From Malacoraja senta (taxonomy: Eukaryota): a stretch of 64,000 nt of DNA. Below, in pieces: positions 14,201 through 26,615 of this stretch. The notes under the pieces were generated by a model. The model saw only the letters and a program-made list of their open reading frames with translations. It made no database searches and was not told the DNA's origin. The stretch spans positions 14,942,001 to 15,006,000 of the forward strand of contig CM075982.1 in assembly GCA_038087875.1 (NCBI GenBank), in the 5' to 3' direction. The translations under genes and the position numbers were made by a program. Position 1 is the first letter of the stretch. Every line of letters starts with the position of its first letter.

Positions 14201-17200
14201 GTGCAATCAATTCCCTCTTCATGTAGTGTAACCCGTTTAACTCTTGAGGACATTTTAAATCAAACAAATTTGCTATCGAAAGCAGTATTGAAAAAAATAA
14301 TTCCAGGATTTATCTGAGTTTGTGATTGAAAATCTAGAAAACGGAAAATGCCAGAAATACTTGGCAGGTCAATATCTTTGGAAAATAAAACCGAGTGAAG
14401 GATACTGGTTAGTGTACTTGCACCACAGATGTTCCCTGACAAGAGTATCTGAAAAAAAAATGCTTTCACTGTTTTATTTGTAAATGAGTATGACTTTTAC
14501 TGACTAAGTTTATCTTTTAATCTGTTTTTTGTCAGAGGGCCTCTGATCTGGGAGAAATGATCAATAGAGTTATCAAAGAGGGACTAGAAGGACTAGTACT
14601 GAAAGACCTTAAGGTGAGATTTTCTTTCTCTGAAAACTCTGTTCTTTTGTATAATGTTGTAACTGAGTGTACTTTGTAGGGTGTTTATCTGCAGATAATG
14701 ACATCTATTCTGCATTGTTAATTGAATGAGAGTAAGTATTTTTTATTTTCAGATTGTTTTACTAGAGAGGCTGTCATTTATACTTGTTTTCAGGTGCACA
14801 TCTCTCCAGTTTATCCCATTTGAGTTTCATGTCAGTTGCAGACTTTAAACATGCTCTGTATGTCCAGGTTATTAATGTACAGCAAACCTATTTACCTCAC
14901 CCAAAACGTTGATAAACAGAGAATTATATATACAGCAAGCCCTTCGATTTAATGGACCCCTTTATAACGTGTTTTGGTTATAGCGGACGGACCTGCCAAT
15001 GCCAACTCACACTACCTCCCCTCTGCTTACAGCCCCTAGCTTCCAACGCCACCTCTGGCTCGCACAATGCACCTTCTTCACCCACTGAATGGTCTGTTTG
15101 AAGCGGCAGTTGTTGAGGCTCACGTTGTAGGACCTGGGGACAGGGCTTTCTTCAGGCCGCTGCCACCGACAGGGCGCACTCGGTCAACGAGGGCCTCCCT
15201 CCCCTCCCACTGTTTATTCCAGTCGGTCTGTCGTTTTATCCGCCCCACTTAGTTATAGCGGACAATTGGCAATAACGGACACCATTTCCCCACCCCTATG
15301 GTATGTTATAACAAAGGTTTAGTGTATGTATTAATGGAAGAATTACACTGCAGTTGAGAAAAATCTCTCCATGCAAAGAGTAGTGGTGCCTGTGGAACTT
15401 GCCACCTGAAAGGATGTTGACAGAATCCTACGTAACATTTAAAAGATATTTGGATTGACGTGTGAAGAGTCCCAGGTTATCGACAGAGCTAGATAGTAGG
15501 AGTAATGCAAAATTGAGGGCTCTATTTTGGCAAGCATGGGCGTAAAGGAGCTAAAGGCCACTTTCTATGCCCTCAACCTCTATTATACAAAGGTGAGAAT
15601 GGTAGGTATTTGGAGACCGAGTAATTTTAGGATATGGGAATTAGATTGGACAAGGCAGAGGTCTTAATGAATGGTGGAATGTCAGATTGGAGAGTCAGAT
15701 TTGTTCAACTTCCCCATCCACCCTGTCTCCATCAGTAGTAAGGCTGGGGTCTGCTGCTGATTTTCTGCACAGGTTTAGTAGTCATATCAATAAGTGGGCT
15801 TAAAGGGCCGTATTTCTCTCTGCTGTTTGTAATGCGCCTTCCTGATATTTCTACTTTGAGCACCGGTCATGATGACATTAAGAACTTTTCCCCTTTTCTT
15901 TTGCAACCATTTGCCTAATGTATATTCACAATCATTATCTGATGTGTATTTAACAGAGAAAAGGAAGAGTCTGAGAAATGGCCAGGGGATAGAGTTCCAT
16001 TATAAAATGAAATTGTAATTTAAATGTTCTGTAATGAAATTCTGTGAATTAATTGACCCCTGCTATTTTAGTGGAAGGGCAGCTGCTGGCATGATAGCTG
16101 TAGTGCCTCTAATGTACTAAACATGTTTCACTGGAGAGGTTTTTAACTAAAAGTTAAAAATTGTTACTTATTTTGATGTGTTAACACTTGTAGTTATCCG
16201 ATATAAGGGCTATTGAGCCTCTTTTTACATATGTTTAGAGTCTCTATGAACCAGGCAAACGGCACTGGCTAAAAGTAAAAAAAGACTATCTCAATGAAGG
16301 TGCAATGGCTGATTCTGCAGACCTTGTTGTGCTGGGAGCATTCTATGGACAAGGGAATAAAGGTAATGGCTTTATTGCGTGAAATAAGATATTTCTACGT
16401 GCATAAAAAGTTTTTTTAATTGTAATCTTAGGCGGGTTAAGGATATTCTGAGATGTTAACAGTTGTGTGTGTCTGCTTTTTTATTTTTGTAACCAAATAA
16501 TTTTGGACAAACTGATGGTGCCATCATACCAGGTCCATCCAAAATGGGTGTTTTCCTTCAGTTTTCTAATTCGAACAAGCCCGTCGCCAACAAAACTCTT
16601 GATCTAGATTGGAGGGCAGTCCCATTGATTATTTTGCATTCTTGGGCTTGAGGGTACAATTCTGGTGGTAGACCCAGCGACATCACTAACATTCATCATT
16701 CACTAACATTACTCAACATTCAAAAACTCTTGCATCCAGCATGTTATCGAGAAACAATAACTGTATTTATCACAAGGTTAATTAACAAGCCTGTGAATTT
16801 GGAATGGAAGAATGAATTTTGGCAGCACCACAAGGTCTGGGTATAAATTTGCAAACCTAAGACTTTGAGCAAAAAATAGTGTGTTTGGTTTAGCCGGTGA
16901 TAATGATTTTACCAAGCAAATTGTAGCACCTGAGTTAAGTTTACCAAATAAGAGCTTGGTTGTTCTTGTCTTAGTTCTGGCCAAGTGGAAAGATATCAAA
17001 ATTTGGTAGGCACTCTAAAGCTTTAAAGTTCTTGCCATTATCCTCTCCAATCTCTTGCCCATTGTGATTCCACCTGTAAAATAACAAACTGCAGATACTG
17101 GAAATCTGAAATAATGCCAGAAAGAAATAAGACCGAATCACTACATAATGAGACCTAGCGGCTCCTTTTTCTGGCTTATCAACTTTTGTTATGCCTCCAC

Positions 17201-20200
17201 AAAGCTCTATTTCTTCAGCCTTGTCCTTATAAAAGTATCTTGCCAGCATTCTGGAGATGCAGAGTGACATTGCATCCTATTGCAGGCAAATGGTGAAAAT
17301 CAGTATTGTAAATATTTCATTTTCATAAGCAATCGATACTAAGGTAGGATTTCAGCCTCTGTTTTCTTAATTTATGATATTGCTTAGGTATGTGGGTGGA
17401 TGAAGATCTATGGAGTTTATGGCTTCCTTGGATTTGTTTCAGGTGGGATGATGTCTATCTTCTTGATGGGCTGCTATAATCCAAACACTTCACGGTGGTG
17501 CACAGTGACCAAGTGTGGAGGTGGCCACGATGATGCAACTCTGGCCCGATTACAGAATGAACTCGACATGGTGAAAATAAGCAAGGTAATGTGACATTTC
17601 CATTGCTCGCACTGCTTTAGAAAGATTTAAGCATTAAATAAAATGATTAATTCTTGCTATAACTTTAAATAAATATTCTGTTGCTGCAGGATCCAAGCAA
17701 GGTGCCAAGTTGGCTAAATGTCACCAAGAACTACATTCCCGACTTCATTGTTCGAGACCCAAAGGTCAGTTTCCAAGCTACCTTAATATTGGCAGTAATG
17801 AGATTTTCCTTAATTTGCAGCATTGGATGAGGCATCTCTGTTCCTTTCATTCACTCGGCAAATTTCCCTCTGAGGAATTGCTATCAGAACGTTCAAAAAA
17901 CATTTGGTCAGGTACATGAATAGGATAGGTTTAGAGGGATATGGGCCAAACACAAGCAGATGGGACTAATGTAGATGGGGCATGTTGGTTGGCGTGGGGA
18001 AGATGGGACAAAGGGCCTGTTTCCAGGCTGTAGGATTCCATAACTGACTCTATGAATTTCTTGCCCTCCAGGCAGATTCGTAAGAATTCCATGACATTCT
18101 GGTTTGTATCCCTCTGGTGTGAGTGTGTTTACTTTCTGATTTTTTTTCTCTTTCTCTTACTTTGTTTCTCAGAAAGCACCAGTTTGGGAAATCACTGGAG
18201 CAGAATTCTCAAAATCGGAGGCCCATTCTGCAGATGGGATATCAATCCGATTCCCACGATGCACCCGAATCCGTGACGATAAAGACTGGGAAACTGCAAC
18301 CAATCTTCCTCAACTCAAGGTACATAACCTTTCAGGTGGACCAATATAGTGTGTTTTATTATGGAGTTGCAGACTGATGTAAAGACTAATCATACAAGGC
18401 ATGTGTTTGCGTGCAAGGTCCGAGCAAGTTTTGGACCACAGTGCTGGACTATGATGAGTACGAGTGGACTTGAGAAAGGGGCTGTGGCTTTTTCAAATCA
18501 TTTGCCATTTCTTTGCATGCAAGATGGTGGGGGCAGGACCAGTGGGGTTTGCTGTGGGTTGGTGACAGGGTGTGGATTACTCTTTACATATGGATGAAAC
18601 GTTGGCTTGTACATTTAGGTTGGAAATTCTCTTGTGATGGCAGGTTATGTTCTGTGCTCAGCAATGGGAATCTCAGACCAACTACCTACCTGTGTATTCT
18701 GCTATCCTATGTAAAAGCAGCATTAGATGCAGTTGGCTCCAGTTTAATGGAGATGCAAGTGACTGCAAATTTCAGAATCTGGAACAAAAAGAAACTGCTG
18801 GAGGAACCATAGCAGTATCTCTGAAGGCAAAGGGATGGTTGACAGTTCAGCACTTTGCTTTTGGCTCTATATTAATTCCTGTTAACGCTATCTTCTGCAT
18901 TTTATTTTAACGACTAACGTTCTTCATTAATTTTAATCCATTGATTAAATCTTCATATCTTTGCTTTTACATTTTGTTATAAATGTGTTCTTTCAGGACT
19001 TGTACAGAGCTTCTAAAATGAATGAAAGTGCTGATATTGTAGTAGTTCCTGAGAAAGATGATGATGAATGGCCCTCGGGTGGTTCTGGTGCCTCTGATAT
19101 GACGTCGAAACTGACCCCACATGGTTCAAACACTTCCTCCAAATTGCCTGCAAAGAAAAGTAAGAGCGAAGGAGGTGAGGAAATATTCAATTTTAAATGT
19201 GTGGTACTTGAAGAGTAGCTTAAATCATTTCTGGCTCTGGAACAGGGGTTTGGATTGAGTAGATTTGTGTGCAGAAAGATATTTTCTTGCAGTGTCGTGC
19301 TGCATAGAAATGGGCTCTTCATCCCAACAGGTCCGTGCTGACCAAGCACCTGTTTCTCCAACCCAACGCTAATTTAGTTTTATTTTTCCCACATTCCTAT
19401 CAACCTCCCCCAGATTCTAGTACAATAGAGACACCTACATTCGCTAATTAATCTTCTAACCATTGTACCTTGACATGCGGAAGGAGCCCCTAGAGGACAC
19501 CCATGTCACAGGGAGAATGTGTAAGTTCCACACAGATTTGTGAAATTAGCTTGGTTCCTTTTTAGCTAATTCAGCATGTAGCCCTCCCTCTGATTTACTC
19601 TGGCCAATCTTGGAGATTCAAGCAGATATTGGAATTGTTTTTTTTAAAATATATAAAAGAATGCATTTACATAATGTTTCATAATGTTAATATCATGCGA
19701 TGCTTCACACTTATTGTCATGGCAGTCAGTTTGAATTTACAGGATTTCACAAACACTAATGGAATTAATAGGTTAATGGGTTTTCATTGTTTTGGTAGAA
19801 GAAGAATATTGCCAGAACGCCTGGACAAACTCGCCTGTTCCTCAACAAACATTACCCTCTGGATCTTTTGAGTTTGCCTGGAGTTTCTACCAGTGTACCA
19901 CTTGTCCTTCCCTTTATCTCCCTTGGTACCACCAAAGTCATAAATGTTAGACGCACACCGTCATTTTATTACTGAGATTAAGGAAATAAAGCTCTTTCCT
20001 TGACATGAAAATAATTATTATGCCACCCAGTAGAAGTATGCAATGGAAGCAAGTAGTAAATTAAATGGTTCTGATTTACACCCGTTTTGAAAAACTGGTA
20101 TTTACTTGAATATTTGTACAGGCTTCTAACTTTGTTTCAGCAAGAATACTAATATGCCTAAACTGTTGTAGGAAACAGAACTTCTCAAAAATCACCACCT

Positions 20201-23200
20201 GAAAGTTCAACGGGAAAGGCGATGAAGAGAAAATTGCCGGCAATGGAGCGTAACGGAAAGAAGGTGATGCCCATTTTGCTGCCTCAAATGTTGACATTAT
20301 TTGATGGTTTGTTTTCCCCCCCTCCAGATTAACATTGGTGCTTTGTCGGGCTAATGGGCATTACCTGTGATTCCACATTTTGAAGACCCAATTTTCAAAC
20401 TATTTGTTAAAACTGCTACAAATACTCACCAGGTCAGGTACTATCTGTGAAGGGAAAAATAAATGCTGTTTTTGTTCAATTCTGATGAAAGTCATTAACC
20501 CAAATGGGATGACTCTGTACCTGTCACAAAAGATGCTGCCTGGCATCCTGAATATGTTCTGTTTATATTGCTGATCTTTGACTTCTGTAGTACTGGTATG
20601 AGAAATTGGCAGACTTTCCTTTGGCACGAATGGCAGAAGTTGTTTGGGCTGCTTTTGCCAATTTGAAATGAGTGAGCGCCCCCCCCCCCCCACTTCTCAA
20701 AGAACTTTCCAATGCAACGGCAGAAAACACAGCAACTGTCCCATTACCTCTTGGTCTCTGGCTGGTGGAAAAGTAAAAGGACAGTTCCTGCGGTTGTATG
20801 AGAAAGTTCTCTAGTTGCTTTGTTTTTTTTAAGTCTGCCCTAATGGTTTAGTGACGTTAGTCATTGTGTCATACAGCGAGTAAACGGGCCTTTCGGTCCA
20901 ACGTTCCCACTCCGACCAAAATACTCCATCAACACTAGTCCAACCTGTCTGCGTTTGACCCATATCTATCTCAAAACAAATCTTATCCATGTACCTGTCT
21001 AAATGTTGCAATAGTATCTGCCTCAACTACCTCCTCCAGCAACTCGTCCCATACGCCCCTCAACCTTTGTGTAAAAAAAACCCATTATTCCTCGGGTTCC
21101 TATTAAATCTTTCCCCCCTCGCCTTAAACCTATGTCCTCAGGTTCTCGATTTCCCCCACTCTAGGCAAAAGACCTGTCATGATTTTGATGAGGATCACCC
21201 CTCATCCTCCTGTGCTCCGAAGAATAAAGTCCTAGCCTGCTCAGCCTCTCCCTATAGCTCAGGCCCTCGAGTCCTGGCAACATTTTCGTAAACCTCTGCA
21301 CCCTTTCCAGCTTGGCAACATCTTTCCTATAACATGGTGACCAAATCTCCAGTTATCCAGTGAGTAACTGAGTTTCGTGTTCTAGTGATGATAAGCAGTT
21401 TGCTCCCTGGTCTACAGTTTGGCATGTCTCTTGGTGACTTGTGTGCGGAGAGGGACAGGGTCCCATTCCTAGCCATAACTATAGGTGGGAAATTTGGATG
21501 AGATGAAAGTGTGGTGTGGCGAGAATACCAAACACCATTTAGCCAAAAAGAATTGAAGGATTGTTTTAAACGATGTTATTACAAGCAAGATAGACCAATT
21601 AATGAGTTTGCTTAATGATGAGACCCTGATAAAGCAAATGGCACATGGAGATGAATTAATTAGACATGAGTAGACAGTAAAATCTTCCGGCAGATATATT
21701 GGCAACTTTGGCAATTTTAAGTGAGGCATTCACTACAGTGGCATCAATAACATAATTAAAAGAGAAAACCTGAGTTAACCTTTCTTATATTATTAAAAGC
21801 CTCTCTACCTTATGCAAAAATGTACACCTCTCAAGTTCTTAACAAGATAAAGAGCTCTTTATGTTGGACATGGATGCAAGGCATCTGTTATTTACTCTTG
21901 TTGAAATCTTGCCAAACTATTAATAAACCATATAATGTAAAATAAATGTCAAAATGCACTGTACCTCATGATAAAACATAAATGGAAGTGATCCTTGTGT
22001 CTGTTTTAACTTGGCTTTTTTTTCTTCTTTAAACAGATCAAATCTATAAATGAAAAGAGTAATGGCTCTTTGCTTTCCAGTCCATCTCTGCCATCTCCTA
22101 ATCAGGTACTTTATTGCTGTTGTTATTATCATTTTGTAAAACGATTTGCAGCATTCATCAGATTCCTTTGGCTTTAATTCAGCAAACTTTGCACAGTGAT
22201 TTCAAGGGTGTTTCTCATCACTTTCCGTTGGAACAAAATTAGTTGATTTTCTGTTTGGTTCTTAGAGCAGGAAGACAGGAAAATACAAGACTGACCCTTC
22301 CGGAGAGAAAAACATCTTAATGCAAAAAGTTGCAGAAGCATAGAGCATGCTCCCAGAATTATATCTTTGCTTAATATTTCAAATTTTTTTGCTGGACCAT
22401 GGGTCAGGAGAAAGCAGAAATGCCATTAAAATTAAAATTGATCTGATGGACTAAATGACTTGGAGACGAATAGGCTAATTCTCTTTCTTTGATCCTATAG
22501 ATACCAATATCTTTTAAAGATTTGGGTATCTGTATTTAAATAGCGTTCAAAAGAATCATTCCTGAGACCTGAGCCGAGATGGTGAGCAGCCATACATCCA
22601 CAGTGAACATCAGTAATAGTATTATCAATAATAATAGAACATCAATAATTTGCAGCACCTAATAAAACAAATATGAAAATGAAATTTCCACTGACTTCAC
22701 AATGAATGTGTTTAGTTTCAAATGGAATTTTATATGGCTTTATATTTCATAATAAAGAAAACAAAAAGGCAAAGTTCCAGTCAAATATCTGCCAAAAGAT
22801 ATCAACTTTTGGCACGAAGAACTAGCACCGACAAATCTACTGGCATCAATGATGCTGCTGCTGCCTCTGATCCTAATCATTGTCTGTTAATAAATGGTAC
22901 TTTTTCAGTCAACGCAAATGTCAGTTAGCTTAAATACTTTAACTATCTGTAATAATAGTTTACATTTATGATGCCTATTTGTAGCCAAGACAGAAATTTT
23001 CGCACCTTAAAGAAAGAAAAAAAACCTTAAAAGAGACAGATCTGCTGCAACACTTTTTAAAATAAATATTTTTATTTTCTCAGACCTTGCTGGACATATT
23101 TACAGGGGTGAAACTTTATTTGCCTGCATCTGTGCTAGACTTCAACAGAATTCGGCGGTATTTCATCGCATATGATGGTGACCTGATTAAAGAGTATGAT

Positions 23201-23317
23201 GTAGCCACAGCAACACATCTGATTGGTGAAGTAGAGGATAACACATGTGCCAAACGTGTCTCTGTGAATTGGATATGGGCGTGCATCAAGAAAAGGCGGC
23301 TGGTTCCACCATTCTGA
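2085..23317 (+). CDS. LIG3: DNA ligase III, 5'-incomplete multi-exon CDS. Exons: 2085-2251, 5659-5736, 6974-7142, 8289-8444, 10034-10165, 10831-10910, 12902-12989, 14536-14613, 16239-16362, 17443-17585, 17690-17764, 18173-18319, 18997-19174, 20172-20263, 22037-22105, 23084-23317
   Basis: GT-AG bounded exons splice in frame and match vertebrate LIG3: [11 protein letters not shown]..., [61 protein letters not shown]...[12 protein letters not shown]. The zinc-finger and N-terminal exons lie upstream of the window. Confidence 0.97.
2900..3830 (-). mobile_element. Degenerate CR1 LINE RT fragment
   Basis: ORF 3486..3779 (-): [10 protein letters not shown]...[20 protein letters not shown]. Confidence 0.75.
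4620..5070 (+). mobile_element. Degenerate CR1 LINE 3' end
   Basis: aggctgaggggtaac..., ttcacacagaatggt..., gggcttaaaggcctg CR1-like 3' motifs. Confidence 0.65.
5659..5736 (+). CDS. LIG3: LIG3 exon ([25 protein letters not shown])
   Basis: ttttgcag acceptor, gtaagt donor; near-identical to the mammalian peptide. Confidence 0.95.
6030..6331 (+). mobile_element. tRNA-derived SINE
   Basis: Pol III B-box GGTTCGATCC at 6076-6085; ends tctctaaaactaaactaa; related copies at ~30332, ~45367, ~61330. Confidence 0.8.
6974..7142 (+). CDS. LIG3: LIG3 exon ([18 protein letters not shown]...TPVQPML)
   Basis: ttttag acceptor, gtaagg donor; ORF 6975..7241. Confidence 0.95.
8289..8444 (+). CDS. LIG3: LIG3 catalytic exon, motif I KYDGER (adenylated lysine)
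   Basis: Translates [52 protein letters not shown]; gtgagt donor. Confidence 0.96.
9645..9741 (+). mobile_element. Penelope-like terminal repeat fragment with a minimal hammerhead motif
   Basis: CTGAAGA-AGGGTCTTGACAC-GAAAC-GTC. Confidence 0.6.
10034..10165 (+). CDS. LIG3: LIG3 exon ([12 protein letters not shown]...ILDSEV...GTLGIHK)
   Basis: ttctag acceptor, gtaatt donor; 132 nt in frame. Confidence 0.95.
10831..10910 (+). CDS. LIG3: LIG3 exon ([26 protein letters not shown])
   Basis: tctcttgcag acceptor, gtctgt donor; ligase motif IIIa. Confidence 0.95.
11755..12575 (-). mobile_element. GC-rich non-autonomous retroposon in a LIG3 intron
   Basis: Both ends are reverse-complement matches to the ends of 26616-27899; no coherent ORF. 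Confidence 0.75.
12902..12989 (+). CDS. LIG3: LIG3 exon ([29 protein letters not shown])
   Basis: tttgcag acceptor, gtaagc donor. Confidence 0.95.
13475..13725 (-). mobile_element. CR1 LINE 3' end
   Basis: Similar to the CR1 tail at 56420-56660. Confidence 0.7.
14536..14613 (+). CDS. LIG3: LIG3 exon ([26 protein letters not shown]), motif IV
   Basis: ttttgtcag acceptor, gtgaga donor. Confidence 0.95.
14933..15324. mobile_element. Probable pogo/Tigger-type MITE
   Basis: TA-flanked degenerate TIRs (CAGCAAGCCCTTCGATTTAA / rc CACTAAACCTTTGTTATAA) with internal ttatagcggac and ataacggac subterminal repeats. Confidence 0.5.
16239..16362 (+). CDS. LIG3: LIG3 exon ([41 protein letters not shown]), motif V
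   Basis: gtttag acceptor, gtaatg donor. Confidence 0.95.
17443..17585 (+). CDS. LIG3: LIG3 exon ([11 protein letters not shown]...LDMVKISK), OB-fold
   Basis: tttcag acceptor, gtaatg donor; ORF 17400..17594. Confidence 0.95.
17690..17764 (+). CDS. LIG3: LIG3 exon ([25 protein letters not shown])
   Basis: ctgcag acceptor, gtcagt donor. Confidence 0.94.
18173..18319 (+). CDS. LIG3: LIG3 exon ([39 protein letters not shown]...QLK), motif VI
   Basis: Long pyrimidine tract plus ag; gtacat donor. Confidence 0.95.
18997..19174 (+). CDS. LIG3: LIG3 exon (DLYRASK... low-complexity linker)
   Basis: tttcag acceptor, gtgagg donor; DLYRASK corresponds to mammalian ELYQLSK. Confidence 0.88.
20172..20263 (+). 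CDS. LIG3: LIG3 linker exon ([30 protein letters not shown]), probable NLS
   Basis: Phase-1 entry matches the previous exon; purine-rich, with KRK like mammalian GEKRK; splice sites (gttgtag / gtgatg) are weak. Confidence 0.72.
20860..21345 (-). mobile_element. CR1 LINE 3' fragment
   Basis: cagcctctccctatagctcagg..., catgtacctgtctaaatg motifs; ORF HLDRYMD. Confidence 0.7.
22037..22105 (+). CDS. LIG3: Putative extra 69-nt LIG3 linker exon ([23 protein letters not shown])
   Basis: Very strong pyrimidine tract plus aacag; cag|gtactt donor; open frame, phase 0-0; no homology support. Confidence 0.6.
23084..23317 (+). CDS. LIG3: LIG3 terminal exon, BRCT domain (XRCC1-binding, LIG3-alpha type)
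   Basis: ttttctcag acceptor; [14 protein letters not shown]...[15 protein letters not shown]. Confidence 0.96.
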   Translation, partial: TLLDIFTGVKLYLPASVLDFNRIRRYFIAYDGDLIKEYDVATATHLIGEVEDNTCAKRVSVNWIWACIKKRRLVPPF

Positions 23318-23721
23318 AAGGATGCATTCTTCACAACGAAGCAAAAGGATAAAACTCTTAAATCTGAGATGAACTACTTAACTGAGAGATTTGTAATCTT
23401 CTATATCGTGGGGATGAATGAGATTGCAGACTGAAATTCTGTCCTTGGTGTCATGTAAATACGATTCTAGACTTTTGTAGTAAGAAGACGTATGGAAAGA
23501 GGTGCCGCAAGTGTGTTTACTTGCTTTAATGCTCATGTTTCCTACATACATAAGTTTCTGCACTGTGGTGCTATATCTGATTTTCTTTGAGGCCATGGAA
23601 ATGTGCATTCCAATCCACAGACCTAATAGGAAGCTAAGTTGCAGAACCCCTTGTGAAAAGACAACTTCTTGAAGAACTATGATTGGTGTTCAACCTGGAG
23701 TCACGATGACTTTCTTCAAAT

Positions 23722-24541
23722 AATAAAATTATTCAATTTGTTTTTATGCGATTGAAATTTATAGTTCATCGATTTAAAAATGAAATTTGCAGATGCTCGA
23801 AATCGGAAACAAAAACAAAATGTTGAAAAATCTGGCAGAGTGGGTAGTATCTATGGAAAAAGAAATGTTATGGATCTGTGATCCTTTGCAGATCTGCAGT
23901 ATTGACTACTTCTCCTGATCTGAGTTTTTTCCAGAATGTTTATAGTTTTATTTCAACCTCGGCATAATTCTTGCAGACACGTTTCCCTCTAACCTGACCT
24001 CTTGATTCCTAAGTTTTTGTAGCATTTTGGTACAGGATTTTTGGTGCAAAATTTGCAGAGGACAAAGGTTTCAGGTGAAACAACGGTACATTTCCCCCTT
24101 CCCCTGATGACATGCCCTATAACTGCATTATTGGTATGTTACTGAGACATACAGGTAAAATAATGTGTCTGTGTTGAATTGGCTGTTTTCAGCTAAATAT
24201 TGGATGGGGTGGTTATGTTGTGGCAAAATCATGAGACCATGGCCCTCTGCAGCCATTCTCTCATTATCCCCTGTGAGTGTTACACAAATGTTCTTGTGGT
24301 GCTCTTAGCATCCATGATGAATTGGCATCAAGATGCCTCGGGTATGGCCATTTGGACAAAGCTCTTATGAGAGTGTGCTGTGCTACCTGTCAAAGAGGAA
24401 GGCTTGCATAAAATTTCTCCGCTTCCTCTTTAGCTTTTTAAATTCTTTGTAGAGACTGCTATATGTTTAAAAAATAAAACACATTTATGTAAAGTGAATA
24501 GGTGAGGGTTTGGGATGCTGCTGCTGATGTTTCCATAATAA
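23722..24541 (+). terminator. Candidate LIG3 polyadenylation signals (AATAAA at ~23722, ~24473, ~24536)
   Basis: Canonical hexamers downstream of the stop codon; which one is used cannot be determined. Confidence 0.45.
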
Positions 24542-25279
24542 AGTTGCATTCATTACCCATCAGTGATTTGCTCAAATCTCTTCAATTTGGATTTTTTTTC
24601 CCTAACCTAATCTTTGGGCTTTATATTTTTTCCTCCCCAAACTCTTCCCAGCTCACAGCTTGGCAAGTTATCGAAAGTTGTGGAAAGAGAATTCATGGAA
24701 AATAAATCTCTCATTTAGCTATGATTTCTGTTTAAAGAGTTTATAAAATGGCAATGATTCATGTGACCCAATATGAATTGTGTGTTTATTTACTAACTAT
24801 GACGCATTGAAAATATATTTAGAAGTGATTTAAACACTTTTTGCCAGCTTCTGAATTGTTCTGTAGATCAATACATTATGAACAATTCATGCTGACATAT
24901 CAGTAAATGATCTACTTAAAAAAAACCAGCAGGTTTATGCCATTTGTTTGTAATTTAACAAGGAAGGTGATAGGGAGATAGGAGACATGAAAGCAAATTG
25001 GCATTCTACTTTGGACTTGGCTCCTCAGAGGTTCTGTAATTCTTCTTGGTGGTACTCCTGTGAAAGGGAGAGAAATGGGCAAGAAAAAGAAAAGCAGATG
25101 AATACAGAAACGGAGTGAACAGTGGGAAAGAGAGCATTAGAGTTGTTGGAAATCAGAATAATTAACAATTGTCTGTTGGGCGTTCTATTGTGGTTTGGAA
25201 ATATTTGGGAGATGAAGGATAACCAGGGTTTATCGAGTTTGCACTATTAGGTGGGTTGAGTCAAGAGGTTCGTGACCAA

Positions 25280-25840
25280 TCTCTTCTTTTCGGAATCAAT
25301 TCCAGCAGCATCAAACGACTCCAACTGGTCCAAAATGCAGCCGCTCGACTCATTACCCACACCAAATCCTGGCACCACATCACCCCAGTTCTCAAAGAAC
25401 TTCACTGGCTTCCCATTTCCCACCGGATCACCTACAAAATCCTGGTCCTCACCTACAAAGTCCTCAACAACCTGGCCCCCCCCTTATCTCATTGACCTCC
25501 TCTCCCCCTACCAACCCTCACGGTCCCTCAGTTCCACATCAGCTGGTCTCCTCTCCACTCCGAAATCAAACCTCTGCACTTTTGGAGGCAGAGCCTTCTC
25601 CAGGGCAGCTCCCAGGCTCTGGAATTCCCTCCCACAACCGGTCCGAAATTCTGAGTCCCTCACCATCTTCCAGTCCTGCCTCAAGACCCATCTCTTCACC
25701 TCTGCATACCCGTAGTCCCATGTTCCCCTCCCCTCTGTCTTACTGCTCTATTTTGTTTTGTTTATTCCTGACTCTCAATTGTAAAGCGACTTTGAGTCCT
25801 GAAAAGCGCTATATAAATAAAATCTATTATTATTATTATT
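25280..25840 (+). mobile_element. 5'-truncated L2-clade LINE 3' end with (TAT)n tail
   Basis: LQLVQNAAARLI...HITPVLKELHWLPI...RAFSRAAPRLWNSLP; absent from the paralogous site at ~58097 (gaccaagaggg). Confidence 0.88.
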
Positions 25841-26615
25841 AAGAGGGAGGAGGATAACTGGTGAGTGGGAGTACTCTCGCAGATATTCTGCAGGGTTTCA
25901 AGAAGACGGATCATCATCACCTCGTGGACATTTTGGGATGGACAGTAAATGCTGGTCTTGCCAGTGATGGGCAGATCCTGAAAATGAAGTTGAAATATGG
26001 GGATAAGGGCGACAATATCAAGAACGTAGTTTTCAATCCACCCTCAAAGGCTTACATAGACAGTGAAGCATTTCTCAAATTGGCAGGGTTTAAAATACTC
26101 ATTGCCAAGATTTTTCCAAGCCATGATGGAGCAAACTGAATTGAAGATAAAGGTTGACTGGTCAATTTTTGTATTGTGCCAAAGAAATGCTGTTGCTGTT
26201 GTGCAAGTAAACACAGTAGCAAATGGCAAGTGTGGCAGATTTCTTCTTGTCGGCTTAACTTTAATATCTGCCAAATAAGTAGTTAGATTTAAGGTCTCAT
26301 CTGAAGGAAAGCACCATCATCAGTAGAGGATTCACTCTCTTGTTCCCAGCTGTTGGGCAAGATTATCCACTTGGGAATCTAGAATGGGATTTGAACCACA
26401 TCCTTGAGTCTGAGGGGAGAATTTTTTCTCTGTCTATTATAGGAAAGTGTGGGAACTGTGTTGATGAGAGTAGATCAGATAGGAACATTTGGGTGCAGAC
26501 AAAGTTGAAGTGATTTGTTGGAGAGAAAAATTAATCCACAGGAGACTGGGTTAGCAGTCCAAATGCAACCATGGACCTTTAGACATGGCAATACTGTGGC
26601 AATTTGAAGCAGCAG

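Noticed and set aside
20264-23083. A LIG3-beta-like alternative terminal exon lacking BRCT
   Set aside because: No candidate resembling the mammalian beta exon could be supported from the sequence.
25861-26278. Short ORFs recurring in each unit (e.g. MKHFSNWQGL..., MDIMTFLVG..., MVLPHFLLY...)
   Set aside because: Recurrence is explained by recent segmental duplication; indels between copies break the frames and no splice-consistent gene model emerges.
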